Shown: piece after piece, positions 21,007 through 33,395 of the stretch | Numbering within the stretch: position 1 is the stretch's first letter | Layout of the letters: each line of letters starts with the position of its first letter | From: Rhina ancylostomus | Taxonomy: Eukaryota | NCBI GenBank assembly: GCA_030265395.1 | Contig: JARFYF010000059.1 | Span: 22,521,021 to 22,585,020, forward strand | DNA: 64,000 nucleotides | Reading direction: 5' to 3' | The notes under the pieces: model-generated | Databases searched by the model: none | What the model was told of the DNA's origin: nothing | What the model saw: only the letters and a program-made list of their open reading frames with translations | Program-made: the position numbers and the translations under genes

Positions 21007-22994
21007 GTGAAACAATATAATTTAAATGCAGAGGCTTTCTCCAAGACTGCAATCAATTAGAAGTTTATGGAACAAAAGCATTCTTGCCTGCCACCATCAT
21101 CAGGGACCGCTGAACTTTTGGAATCATTACTTGCAAGATACACAACCTGTGGACACTCATTAATCAGCCCTGTATTCTGTGGTTCCTGGACGTGGCCATT
21201 CAGATGTCAGATTAGTAGAAGTGCTTCCCCTGGAATGGTAAGTGCAGCCAGTAAAGGAGGTTATATTTGGATGCAGTCTCCTGTGCTCCCTTCACCCAAG
21301 TGCTCACACTGCATGTTCCACCCAGTACGTGAGCCATGGCTCACACCTTGGCCAGTCCAGGTCCGCAACTGTCAGCTGGTGGTAAAAGGAGGAACTCCTG
21401 CCTTACTGTATCCACTAAAATCCCAGAAGAGGCTGCAGCTGGCATCAGTCAAAGGAATGAAATAGATGGGCCACATGGCCTGTATGGTGCCTATTGGTTT
21501 TGTGGTGCAGTTTATCACTAGGCAGGGCCTTTATCCAGCTAAACAACAGAAGGGGAAGTTTGGCAAGGCTTCTTGTCCTGTATTAAATCAGTTATCCTAT
21601 TTGGAGTTAAATCGATTCTTATTCCCTCTAAGTTTGGAGAGATGGAGCTGCTCCAAAGGGTCAGTCACTGTGCCGAACAGTAATGAGTTCTGAGGCCTTC
21701 ATTCACAATGTGCTGAGCTGGGTCCCCAGTCACCAGCTGCTAGCCTTGATGTCAATGATAGCTTCCCAGGAGAAGGCAGGTTCTACAAATATATCTCCCA
21801 TGAAGGCACATCACCAATGTTTTATTTTAGTCCCCAGGTCACCTATAGAAAGAGAGGTTTTAAAAATCTGAGTAGAACCATAATCTCTGCATGTTAACAC
21901 GTGATTTACTGCAGCAGAGATAACAGAGCAATAAAATGCCAAATACAGCAAATTTATGACATTAGCTCACAGCTACCTACTCTATTGGAATTGACATTCC
22001 CAAGGGAAGGCTCTTTCCATCCTGTGTTAAATGGTTTAACACTTTCATTAAAATATCAGACAGATTAATTTCATACAACCATGTTAATATCATCTAGCAC
22101 CATTTCACCTGACCAAACAATTATCTATCCCACTGCACTACTAGAGTGTCCCACTAAAGGTAATACCACATTAATGTAATGACATATCTCAGCTTCAGCC
22201 CCAGAGGAGCAGTCTAATTAGCCAAGTCTGACACTTCTACTTTTACCGATACACAACCATCAAAAATTGAAAAGGGTTGCCCTCCTAAATGCCAGAAAGT
22301 TCAGCAATGCTGCTTGTCCCACCCTCTGATAGTCATAAGCTGGGGAAGAAGAGTTTTCTAAAGTGGGTTATTGGCATCTTGTGAAACAGAGAACCTTCCC
22401 AGCAGTAAATTTTCCAAGCCACAAACCTCAGCCTAGAAATTGTTCTATGCCAAGCAATGCATGGGCCTACTTCTGCTCATGAGCTGCAAGCTGATCTCCA
22501 CAGACAGGTGATCTTATCACTGAAGCAGGCCTCCCATTCGTAGTGAAAGCCTGCTCATGCATGAGTGGTCAAACCAAATTCTGGCCACTTAAGTGTGCTT
22601 GAATTTCCCAAAAGTGAAGCTTGATCACCATTGCACACCATCTCCCATGTCTTACCACCTCCCCGTGTCTGTGTGTCATACACATGGGGGACCTGGAAGC
22701 AATTTTATGAACTTTGTTAAAGATGCAATGAGTACAATGTGATCAGTTTTCAGGTGAAATTCAATAGCAAAGCACTCATAAGTTGCATAAGTCGATAGAT
22801 TAAATGCAAGGAAGCCTAGAAATTCTATTTGTCTAGGCTGGATCTGAGTACAGGTCCAGAGGTTAAAGAGGCCCAATGCCTTACCCTTTACACTTTCCAG
22901 GTGCGTTTAAGAGGTGAAAACTATTTGAATTAAAATAAGTAATTTTAAGAAAAGTACCAGATTGTCAAGCTCCTTACCAGTAACAAAACCTTCA

Positions 22995-23165
22995 AAATAA
23001 ACTTGCCCTTAACTCTGACATTGCAAAACATCCCAACATAATTGGCAAGAAAATTTGAAACACAGCTTCATGTTAGGACAGGTAACCAAAAGCCTGGCCA
23101 GACCTTGTCTTGAAGGAACAACTTAAAGAAAGAGAGAAAGGTTCAGAGGCTGAGGTGTTCCTAGA
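22995..23165 (-). mobile_element. L2 tail fragment
   Basis: AACTTGC..AAAACATCCCAA..AAATTTGA..TTAGGACAGGTAACCAAAAGC, colinear with 15117-15290. Confidence 0.55.
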
Positions 23166-23254
23166 GATAGGCAACGTGTTGCGGTGGGGAGAAGGGGAGT
23201 GGGCTTTTGAAATATGATTTAAACTTTAATGAAAAATTAACTCTTGGCACTGTT

Positions 23255-23420
23255 CCTGAGATCAGGACATCTCAAAGCCCTTCGCAGCCAGTGAAGTACT
23301 TATTAGGGGTGATGTTGGAAACACAGCAAGCAGCCAATTTGTTTATGGCAAGCTCCCATGAATGGCAATGTTAAATGACCACCATCTGTTTCAATGACTT
23401 TAGATGAATATAATTAGCCT
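23255..23420 (-). mobile_element. Deu-domain SINE 3' fragment
   Basis: TCAGGACATCTCAAAGC..CAGCCAGTGAAGTACTT..GCAGCCAATTTG..GCAAGCTCCCA. Confidence 0.75.
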
Positions 23421-24103
23421 GGAAAATTGACACTTTTTTTTAACCTAAATAAAATTTTCCCTCCCTTACAACATAAAACTGGAGAAAGGTAAAGCGTTAT
23501 TCTTGTTAATACAAAGCATAAGGAGCAAGCTGGTGAAAAGGATTTTGTTGCTGGAGTTTAGCATATCCTCTGCTCAAATAAAACAATTCATCTTTCAAAG
23601 CTAGTCACTGGGTAGTTATTATCAGGGGGATTTGCCGTTTCCCTCACTGGAAAACTTCACCCTGACTGCTGCATTGTTCCTAGTTGCACCTGTGGGTGAT
23701 GAGCGCCACCTGCTGGTGTAGCCCCAGGCTGCACCATTCCTACTGCCAACTGAGCTGAAAGTGGCCAAGGTGACCCAGCCAGTACTCTGTGAAAGCCTAA
23801 ATGTGTGTTAACCCAACAAAGACAGCCAACCACATGTTTTAACGGGGTATTAACATTCTGAATGGGGAGAGTGGCAGAAAGCAAAGGTTGTAATGTATTT
23901 TTATTTCCACAATTTGGGACCACAAAAGGAATTGTAGACCAGAAGATACCAAAGACAATGCTAGTGCAGCAATGCTCAGTGCCTTGCTGACATCCTTCAA
24001 GTCAGTCACTGTTATCAATGGACAGCACCCTTCACTAAAATAGAAAACAACAGAACGACATGCAAGGAGATTAGAGCAAAGAAAGAGACTATACTGCCCA
24101 GGG

Positions 24104-24287
24104 GAGACACAAGAGAACGCAGATGCTGGGATCTGCAACAACAAACTATCTGAGGGAGGAAAGGAATTGCTGACATTTCAGGCTGAAACCCTGCATCAGG
24201 ATGTCGACACTTCCTCCCCTCGCCCCCCCCCCCCCCACAGATGCTGCTCGACCCGCTGAATTCCTCCAGCACATTGTTTGTTGCTCC
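24104..24287. mobile_element. Palindromic Penelope-derived mini-element with hammerhead core (- strand) and ~14-bp TSD
   Basis: GAGACACAAGAGA..GCAGATGCTGG arm; minus-strand CCTGATGCAGGGTTTCAGCCTGAAATGTC; inverted arm CCACAGATGCTGCTCGACCCGCTGA..TTGTTTGTTGCTCC; GACTATACTGCCCA (24087-24100) vs GACTATTCTGTCCA (24289-24302). Confidence 0.85.
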
Positions 24288-26784
24288 TGACTATTCTGTC
24301 CATCCTGTTTGTGCAGTTTGCTCTTTGGAAGTTCTTTCCCCGTCACCCTGCAAACCTTTATCAAGTATAAACATCCAGCAAAGTGCTGAGTAACAGAAGG
24401 AGAGTTCTAACTGACAGAGGTGCAGGGCACCACATGTTATATATGAGAGGTTGAATCAATGACTTTATACTGAGGCTGAGTGGTTACGGAGAAGGGAGGA
24501 CAGGAGGGGGTTTNNNNNNNNNNNNNNNNNNNNNNNNNNNNNNNNNNNNNNNNNNNNNNNNNNNNNNNNNNNNNNNNNNNNNNNNNNNNNNNNCAGTTTC
24601 TATTCCCTGTAGACATTTCAGAAACATATTCTGTTACAGTTATGTGGCTACAGTTAGATCTAATAAAGAGATGAATGTTTTTAAGAGAGCTTAGGGCTGC
24701 CTGGATATAGCAATCAGAGAAATGCTTCAATAGATAAATTGTAAAAAAGGAAGAAAAGAAAAGCCAGCAACTTAATTTTACTATTTACCCTTGAGTAATG
24801 TTTCAGCCCTCTGCAGTCTGAGTTCCTTGGTAGCTTGGTTTTAGGTCTGGATGTTGCACTACACAGGGCGATCCCAAGCACTGACATTCTCAACCATAGG
24901 GAAGATGGAGCTCCCTGGATGAATTCCCTCTCTCTGCTGAGTTAGCTCATTCCACTCACTGCAGCAATTACTCATAGTACATTCAGCAGCAGTTTCACTC
25001 AGCTGTCGAGCTTGTATGGCTGGCTAATCATAAAATTACACCCTGTTGTGAGCACAGAATAGGCCATTTGGCCCAACACATTGACGCTGGTGTTAATTTT
25101 CCACAGGACCCTTGCACCCTATTTCATCTCACCCCATTACTACACACTCTGTTCCTTTTCCCCTCATGTATCTCAATCACTTCAATCAGTTCATGTGGGA
25201 ATTTGGACTCCCCTGCTAAAGGAAACCTAACCAATAGAACACCTTCACCTTTAAAGACATTCTGCAGAGAAAAGGGCCCCAAACTATTTAGGAGGAGAAT
25301 GTCAGATGATGATAGAATTGAATAGTTCTGATCAAATCTTAGCTTTTACTGGGAGGCACAGGTGTTTAGAAAGGCTAAACATGCAAGATGGAAATCACCC
25401 CCTCAACACACCCTGCACTGTTTCCTCCACAGGAGCCTCAGGAGACTGCATCCCTAAGCAACAGTTTTTAGCATATAGGTGCCCCTGAGCAAGGGCTATG
25501 GCTGCTGATGCCAACACACAGGGGAAGGGGGTGAGGAATTCAGGCAGTGAATGCCTATGTTTCCAATGTACCCCTCAGCAGGAGATGCTCAGGAGGAACA
25601 TTTACACTGGCCTGCTATAAATGAAAAGATAAAAAGACTCAATTAGATCTGAGTGCGTGCCCTTCCATTTTCATTTGTATTTGAAACTCCCAGTAGCATT
25701 AAAGTGCACTAATCTTTCGAAGGTTAATTTATTCATAGATGTCTTGACAGAGATGTATGACTGAACTGCCAACCACAGGGAGAGCAGAGCAGTGCAGAGC
25801 TGTACCACAGGAGCCAGGCTTCTCATAAACCTATCCTCGGGATTCTGTCAGAGTTTGCCAGTGGGATGTGGGCAATCTTTGCCCTCAGCTCAGCTCCTGT
25901 AGGTGTATTCAAGATCCCTGAGGATACGAACATTGTTGGAAGTGATGCTGGACGTGGGCTGGATCACACTGGGCACATTTCCCATTATACCATCGTATCA
26001 AAATCACTGGGACTGAGCATCAGGCCGAGTGAATGACAGGTTCCTTTTTCAAAAATTCCTTCTTTACCTTGTGTTCAATTTCATTGCAACACCTTTAACA
26101 TACCTTGACTTTGAGCAAAATTGTGAAAGAAATGAAAACAGGACAGCCAGTTGTCAGAGTTAATGCAAATAAAAACGGAGATGTAAATTAGACAGCGAAT
26201 CACAACTTGCCTGGTTTACACCTTTACCTTGGTGAAATATCATTCTCCTCACCCTAAAATAAGAGGCCATGGGAACAATGGTGGGGATGAAGAGGGGGCT
26301 TTTGGGACGAGAAGCATTTTACATTTAACAATGAAGGCTGTTAAAAGAAAATGGATTAAACTGCCAAGGCAGGCAGATTGAAGAGGAAGTTGAATATATG
26401 TGGTATTCTTCAAACCAGACAAACAAGCCATATTCCGGTGGCCATTTGCAGTCCTGTGTCATCTCTGCTGTTTCTGCTGGTGCTCTCTTGACTGCCTCAT
26501 GGTTTATAGGTACAACTGCTAAACACAGACTTAAACGTGTACTCAAGGGTAGCCTAATGAGTATGTTGTGTGGTTCTTTTGGAGTTAAAGAGCAACAAAG
26601 ATGAAGACCAGGGAGGAAACGTGCCATCCGTAACTGAGGCTGGGTCCTGAGTGAGGGAGCAAGGGGACTGATGGTCATTGGTTTGATCAGGTGAGTGGCC
26701 ACAGTGAGAGAATGCTGGGGATCTGGGAAAAAGGGAGGGGTTTGGCGATCAGTTAAATGGCCAGGGCTGGAGAGTGGAGATTGA

Positions 26785-26991
26785 GGTTGTGCCCTGAATG
26801 CACTGTTAGGGGAGGCGGTAGAAGCAGATATGCCAGCAACAGTTAAGAAGCATTTATACAGATACCTGAACAGCCACGAAATAGGGGGACCATGTGCAGG
26901 CAGATGGCATTAGTTAGATTGGCATCATGGTCGGCAAATACACAGTGGGCCGAAGGGCCTGTTCCTGTGCTGTACTGTTTGTTCTATGTTC
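26785..26991 (+). mobile_element. CR1 (HER1-like) 3' end
   Basis: NALLGEAVEAD..VKKHLYRYLN; tail GGGCCGAAGGGCCTGTTCCTGTGCTGTACTGTT..TTCTATGTTC. Confidence 0.88.
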
Positions 26992-28424
26992 CCTCTCTCT
27001 GAGTTCTCCATCAGGGACCCCAAATTCAGAGGACAAGGTGATAGATCAGTGATTGGGAAGTGTTCTGGAGCTTGGATTGGGGAGAGACTGATGGAGTGGC
27101 AGGTAGGGTTGGGCAAGATCTGTCAGTGGTTCTCAGCATGCCTGCGGGCAGGTCTCAGGATTCCTGCAAAAGCACAAAAGTTCCAAACTCACTGGGTGAG
27201 CCCAGGCACTGACTTCTCAGCTGTGGTGGAGCAGAAGTTCACTGAGGAAAACCACTCACAATTCTTGCACCAGCTCTGACTTGGTACAGCATCCACAGGT
27301 CCATTCATCTGAATGGAGATTGGAGGGCTGCAGGGAAAAAAGGGGAGGTTAATTACATTATTTTAATCCTTTAAATATTGCTTTATGTTTTAAATTATTT
27401 AAGAGCTTTTTGAAGTGTTTTCAGTTGGTATTTTTAAACAATGTACATAATTCTTTTTGATTATTTATTTCATTTTTAGTATCTTGTAAACATTCCTGAT
27501 GTCATGACTTTGAAAATTTTGACAGCTTTGACTGACTGACAATCTTTGTCTCTGAGTTCTCGGGGAGTTTTGTTGATGAGGATTCTTTTGGCTTACTCAC
27601 ATGAGTCAGTTACACTGGTGGATGCCTTGACATAACCTCGGCCCTGCCTCTTGCTTCTGGGACCCTTGGCACCAGCAAGACAGCCTTTTCGAATCCAGAG
27701 AAGGTAAGTTCAAGGCATGGGGAGAGTGGACAGTGGGGCACCACTTAGGAAAATCTGGGCAATGATTATTGAGGGGACATACTGCAATGGTTTATTATTG
27801 AGGTAACATCTCTTGTGTTTTCCTCATGACAGCAGAGATTCTCTTGCATTCTGGGGTCCAGGTCTCCCTCCAATACTTTGGCAATCACCAGACAATGAGA
27901 CAAGGGCATTCAACAATTGTTCATTAGTGGTCAACCCTGTTCTTACCTAATGTCCCACATACATTTCCAGTAGAAAATGGATAGAGATGAGAATGGAAAC
28001 CTCAAAGAATTTTTTTCTCTTTATCCCAGAGGCCTGGATGTAAACTGTAGTGGCCCTAAGCCTCATGTCAACTGGCTTTGAGGCTCTGCTCTTCCCAGAC
28101 ATGAATCTCTTTTTTTAATTAAACAGGAACTTCAAAAAGTGAAATATTCCTCATTCCTGATGTTCAAATGAGGCTTGTTCACATTTCTAAAAGTTATCTG
28201 CAGGAACATGTGTGGAACCCATTGTATGGCATCTGTCATATCTTGCCTTCATTGATAAACGCACTTTCACAATTCTTTGCCAGCACCCTCTACTTAGAAA
28301 TAGATCTCTAGGACCAAACTTATAATCTCATTGTGTTACAAGGCAGCCTATGGAGGCAAGGCTGCTATATAAATGGGGTATCATACACCCCAAATATATC
28401 TGGACATTTCACTGCGTGTTAACC

Positions 28425-28820
28425 AGAGCTCAGGTGGTACTGCTTTCACCTCTGAATCAGAAGGTTGTGGGTTCAAACCATGGCCTAGGAACTTGAACAC
28501 AAAAGATCTAGGCTGGCTTTCTAATGCAACACCAAGGGTCTTGTCAGAAGGATTGCTCATTGGATGAGATTTTAAATTGGAAGCCCTATGAACCTTCTGA
28601 ATTGGATACAACACCATTGAAAGAAAAGCAGCAGGGTTTTCTCTGGAGCCCTGCAGAATATTTATCCCTCAAGCAACAACGAGATGATTTGATCACCACA
28701 ATGCTGCTTGCAAATTGGCTGCTGTGTTTCATACAATATAACAGTGATTATAATTCAGAAGGGCTTGATTGCCTGCATTCTGCTTTGAGATGTCCTGAGG
28801 TTCTGAAAGGAGGTCTTTAA
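28425..28820 (+). mobile_element. Near full-length Deu-domain SINE (SacSINE1-like)
   Basis: A-box-like AGCTCAGGTGG, CACCTCTGAATCAGAAGGTTGTGGGTTCAAACC (B box), GGATGAGAT.TTAAA, AATATTTATCCCTCAA, CAAATTGGCTGCTGTGTTTC, TTTGAGATGTCCTGAGGTT.TGAAAGG. Confidence 0.85.
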
Positions 28821-31664
28821 TTTGCACTGTTCAGACATCTGACAGAATAAAGAAAAGTACATTTTTTAATTCTGGGCAGGTGAGATCACCTAGTGAAGTC
28901 AAGAGTCACTGAGTGGTGTTGTTCATTTTTCAAATGTGTAATGTAGGGTTCCTTGATGGCNNNNNNNNNNNNNNNNNNNNNNNNNNNNNNNNNNNNNNNN
29001 NNNNNNNNNNNNNNNNNNNNNNNNNNNNNNNNNNNNNNNNNNNNNNNNNNNNNNNNNNNNNNNNNNNNNNNNNNNNNNNNNNNNNNNNNNNNNNNNNNNN
29101 NTCTATGTGTGTGCACATGNNNNNNNNNNNNNNNNNNNNNNNNNNNNNNNNNNNNNNNNNNNNNNNNNNNNNNNNNNNNNNNNNNNNNNNNNNNNNNNNN
29201 NNNNNNNNNNNNNNNNNNNNNNNNNNNNNNNNNNNNNNNNNNNNNNNNNNNNNNNAGTGCTGGTGGTGAATAACACAGGCGGGATACGTGGGAGATTCAG
29301 TGGTAACACATCAGTTGCCTTCAGCACCCTGAGCTTTGGGATGGGGTTGTAAGTCACCCTTCATTCTATCTTCCTGACTGCCATTCAATAGCCATGCTGG
29401 GAGGTGTACACCTGGGCAGTTTTCCGGCCAGTGGACCCAGACACCTTGCAGCTACAGACCACAACTAACCACAAAATTGGGTGCATGCAGGTCAAATCCA
29501 GAGAGTTCCCAGTTTAGGCTCTGGACTCCCAACCCCAATATGAATTGTTAAAACCATGCTAAATATTTAAATAGACATGTGGAGATGGCTAGTCAGTTGG
29601 ACAAAGAGTTACCCCCACGTCTGGCATTGCCCCCATGGAAAAAGGGGAAAACTGGCTCTCAAGCCAACTGCACCATATAGGAACAAATAAAACAGGATGC
29701 AATACTTGCCCAGCCCTCAAAGTGTTAATGCATTCTGAGAGGAAGTTCCGCCATACCTCATAAATCCAAGGATTTCTTTGCAAGAAGTCTTTCCCGTGCA
29801 AGTGGCCGCTGTGAGTTCCTGGACTTGTACACTGACAGCTTGTAAAACCGGTCCGCAACATCTGAGAGGAATTAACAGCCCAGATCTGGCAGAGTTCGAG
29901 CTGAAAGTGTCAGTAGTCCAGTCCAGCACCCTGCAGACAAGCACAGGCCTCTGCCACTGCTGCATCCAATTTGATACAAGCCATGCCAAACCTGGAACTG
30001 ATTCTGTTTTGTTACCTTTCTCTCAGCCGCACTAATGAGGATGAGTAGCAATACAATTATTGACCTGCCCATCGCTCCCATGAAGCTTCTCCTCCCTGGA
30101 AAACCTCATATCTCATGCATAGGTCAAAATGAAGGAATTGCTTGTATGTCTGCACAAAAATATAGAAAAGAAAAGGAAGAATTTTTTAAAATGAATGAAT
30201 ATATCAATGAAAACTCGACAACCCTCCAGTCTAACAAGCCAAGCGGACAAGAATGGTACAGGGCACAAAATGTGTCTGCAGTATTGAACAGAGCAGAGTG
30301 AAACGTTCCTTTGTTGTTCTGTGTTTAGAGCTCTAGCCTTGTTTGTCTTTATATCAATCATTTCTGTCATAACTTCATATCTATTACACTTAAGGACTTG
30401 TCAAGCCTATCGTTACTTAATTTGCCTGTTTTATTCCCCAAATTTTCAAATGCTCCACACATGATTGACTCTTCTGTAAGCAGAGAGGGAGAAGGAAAAT
30501 TCAAGGCAAATCAAAGCTTCCCAGCTCTGAAGTTTTTTTCAAGCCAAGTCTATGTACAGCTATGCCTTCAATTAACATCATTCTGCTAAATCCTTCATGT
30601 CAGCCCAGGGCAGTGAATGGAAACCTCTTCCTTCTTGTTTCAATCTTTCGCCAAGTCCATTTGCCTTGAGCTCATCTAATTGAAAGTGATCTTCGGTACG
30701 AGCCCCCTCCTGCCTAATCCTTGTCTGAAGTAACCCACATGGTCCTCATTATAGCCACACCGGTCTCTTTTATTCAATTTCTCATTCGTTTCTGCCAGAT
30801 GCATTTTTTAAGATGACATTATTAACTCCATGCTCACGAGTTCCTGTCCGCGACAGAGGCCAATAGATGTTATCAAGCAGCATAGATGTATACTGTTACC
30901 TCTCAAGTATTCTATAGATTACATTTTGTGCAAAAGGCAATTGAGGGCTTTATAACTTTAATAAAACTGAAACCCAAACGCACATTTATGTAAACAGTAA
31001 TATAGAAGAGTGTGACTGTGTACCTTGGGTTTTAGTAATATGGGATGCAGTCAGATGTATGTGATAGACATTTACAAGAGGGGGCTCAAAGGGATTTCAA
31101 ATAGTATTGTGGTGAAGGCTGCTTTGCAACTTTAGAATCTTCTCTGGCCAAAATCTTAATCAAATTTAATTGAACAGTGAAGCGATTCATTGGGTAAAAT
31201 GTCCAGTTAATGTTCAGTCCTTGGAGGGGAACTTCTTCACAGCTGAAGTATGGAAAGAGGTTGTTAACGATGTTAACGCTGGATGCTGCTGTCGGNNNNN
31301 NNNNNNNNNNNNNNNNNNNNNNNNNNNNNNNNNNNNNNNNNNNNNNNNNNNNNNNNNNNNNNNNNNNNNNNNNNNNNNNNNNNNNNNNNNNNNNNTTTTT
31401 AAAGATGTTAACGCTGGATGCATATGTCGGTTGTCTTCTGTGAGGTATCAATGAGAAAGTGACAAGGAAATGGCCTGCTGCATCTAAAGTTCGTTCACTT
31501 TCTGTTCTCAACGAGTCTACCAAGGTCTAAACTGGCAGGTCAAATATGTAGGAAGTAACATTGCTTGTTTGTTCAGGGAGGAGAAACAAAAAGGGCACTG
31601 TGCATTGAGAAGCAGCACAGTGAAAGGAGGAGGATCAATAGCAGAAGAGCTAGGCTGGAGAAGA

Positions 31665-31890
31665 GAAGAAATCTTAAAGCAGTGAGTTGTTCCAATTCAG
31701 AACACATGAAAGAGCAATAGAAGCAGGTTCAGTTTTAACTCTCGGAAGGGAGCTGGATAAATATTTGTAAAGAAAACATTGGTAGAGCACAGAGTTCAGA
31801 GCAGCCAGACTGAATCTAATGGGATAGCTCTTCCAAAGAGGTTCAATGGGCCAAATGGCCTGCTCCTTTATTGTGCACTTCCACAATTCC
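31665..31890 (+). mobile_element. Old CR1 3' end
   Basis: AIEAGSVLTLGRELDKYL; tail GGATAGCTCTTCCAAAGAG..ATGGGCCAAATGGCCT. Confidence 0.7.
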
Positions 31891-33084
31891 TTCAGGAATA
31901 TGAACAGATGAGAAGGAAAGTTGAACACTGAGGTGGGCCAAAGTGTAATGAAGAATATCAAAGTACAATGAGTAGATTAACACTCAATAGCAAACATTAT
32001 TTTAGTACAATGAGACAGGCCATAACTCAAGTAGCAGGACCACAACAAAATATGACTCAGAAAAATACATCCAGAGGATTATAACAAAGTAAGGAAAGCC
32101 ACAGTAAAGCTGCAACTTATTCTAAACCTTACTTTGTGAAAAAATAGAGAGGGATCAAGAAATTGTGATGCACATGTTCAATGATTAATGCCTCACTGTA
32201 AAACAAAAGTGGCATCTGATAGATCTGAAGTGTACTTTCATTGCTGGGGTGAGTGATTCTTTTATGTTGAAAAATCCTTCTCCCGATTTATAACACTGCA
32301 TCCAATCATTCAATCACCATGCTATAAATTAGCTCCCTAGATTCCCACATTCCACACATCTTTAACGTGGGATTAGAATTCCCACCCCTCTGCTTCACCA
32401 TCACTTCATGCCTGCAACTGCCTGCAATTCCTGGCATTGTTCTTGTTTTTATTCAACAGAGAGTAAAGGGAAACGGGACAAAAGTTGCTGATCCAGCACT
32501 GATAATATCTGTGTGCAAGGCCTGAACAGAACCAACAGCTTCAATAAGGGATTTCACTACCACTCTAGATGCTGGGAAAACCCCACCTCTGGGTTATTCA
32601 TTTACTCCCAGTTTCCAGCAAACACCTCAGAGTAGGACAGGTTAGAGAGAGCATGTGAACTAAAGAAAATAAAAGCAAACTGAGATAAAGAAAGATGTAG
32701 AGAGGAAAGTGGGGAGAATGAATGGAAAGAAAATGTAGAGGAAAGTTGGGAAAGGGATAGCATATTGGTGCCACATCTGTAGCCTGTGCAGCTTTCCGGT
32801 TAACCTTAGTTTTTGGTGCTAATCGTTGCCTTGGATGAATGGCTCGCAGCTGAAAATCTCACACCTCGGGTTTGAGCAATGCTGACAGCTTTGACATGAA
32901 AGCCCCATCTGCGCACAATCAGCACTTGTTACAGTGCAGGAGTACGAGAACCAGCTGAGAGAAAGAAAAGCCAATTCCAATTACAAGGAGGCAAACATGT
33001 TGACAGCACTCAACTTGGATGGTTGAAAATACAAAGTTACTGAACGGAGAAAGAGCAGTGAATAAAACACACAGTATTGCTGGT

Positions 33085-33395
33085 GAGGATGAGACAGGGT
33101 AGAGGGTCTTTTTCCAGTGGATAAGGGGCCAAGAACAATAGGGTAATTTATACAGGATTAAATATAAAAGATTTAGAGTAGAGAATGAGAGAAACACTGG
33201 AATTTGTTCCAGGGTGTAAGTTCGCTTCCAGCATTATTTGTTGAGACAGTATATCAATATTAAAGATTAGTTTGAATTAATGGAGAAACTAAAAAGCAGT
33301 TTAGGGTGAGTTAATTGAATAGGACACATGCATGGGGGGTAAACACCAGCATTAGGTGGATGGGCTGAAGGTCCTGTTTTTGTGAGGTGACTTCT
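33085..33395 (+). mobile_element. Old CR1 3' end
   Basis: DRVEGLFPVDKGPRTIG.LY.I; tail GATGGGCTGAAGGTCCTGTT. Confidence 0.6.

Noticed and set aside
26600-27760. Large non-autonomous DNA transposon (G-rich interior, GGAAAATCTGGGC end)
   Set aside because: Could not find a matching left TIR or TSD by eye; left unannotated
28425-28500. tRNA genes at A/B-box sites (also 6560-6625, 20950-21006, 41580-41650)
   Set aside because: No cloverleaf; each continues into a SINE body
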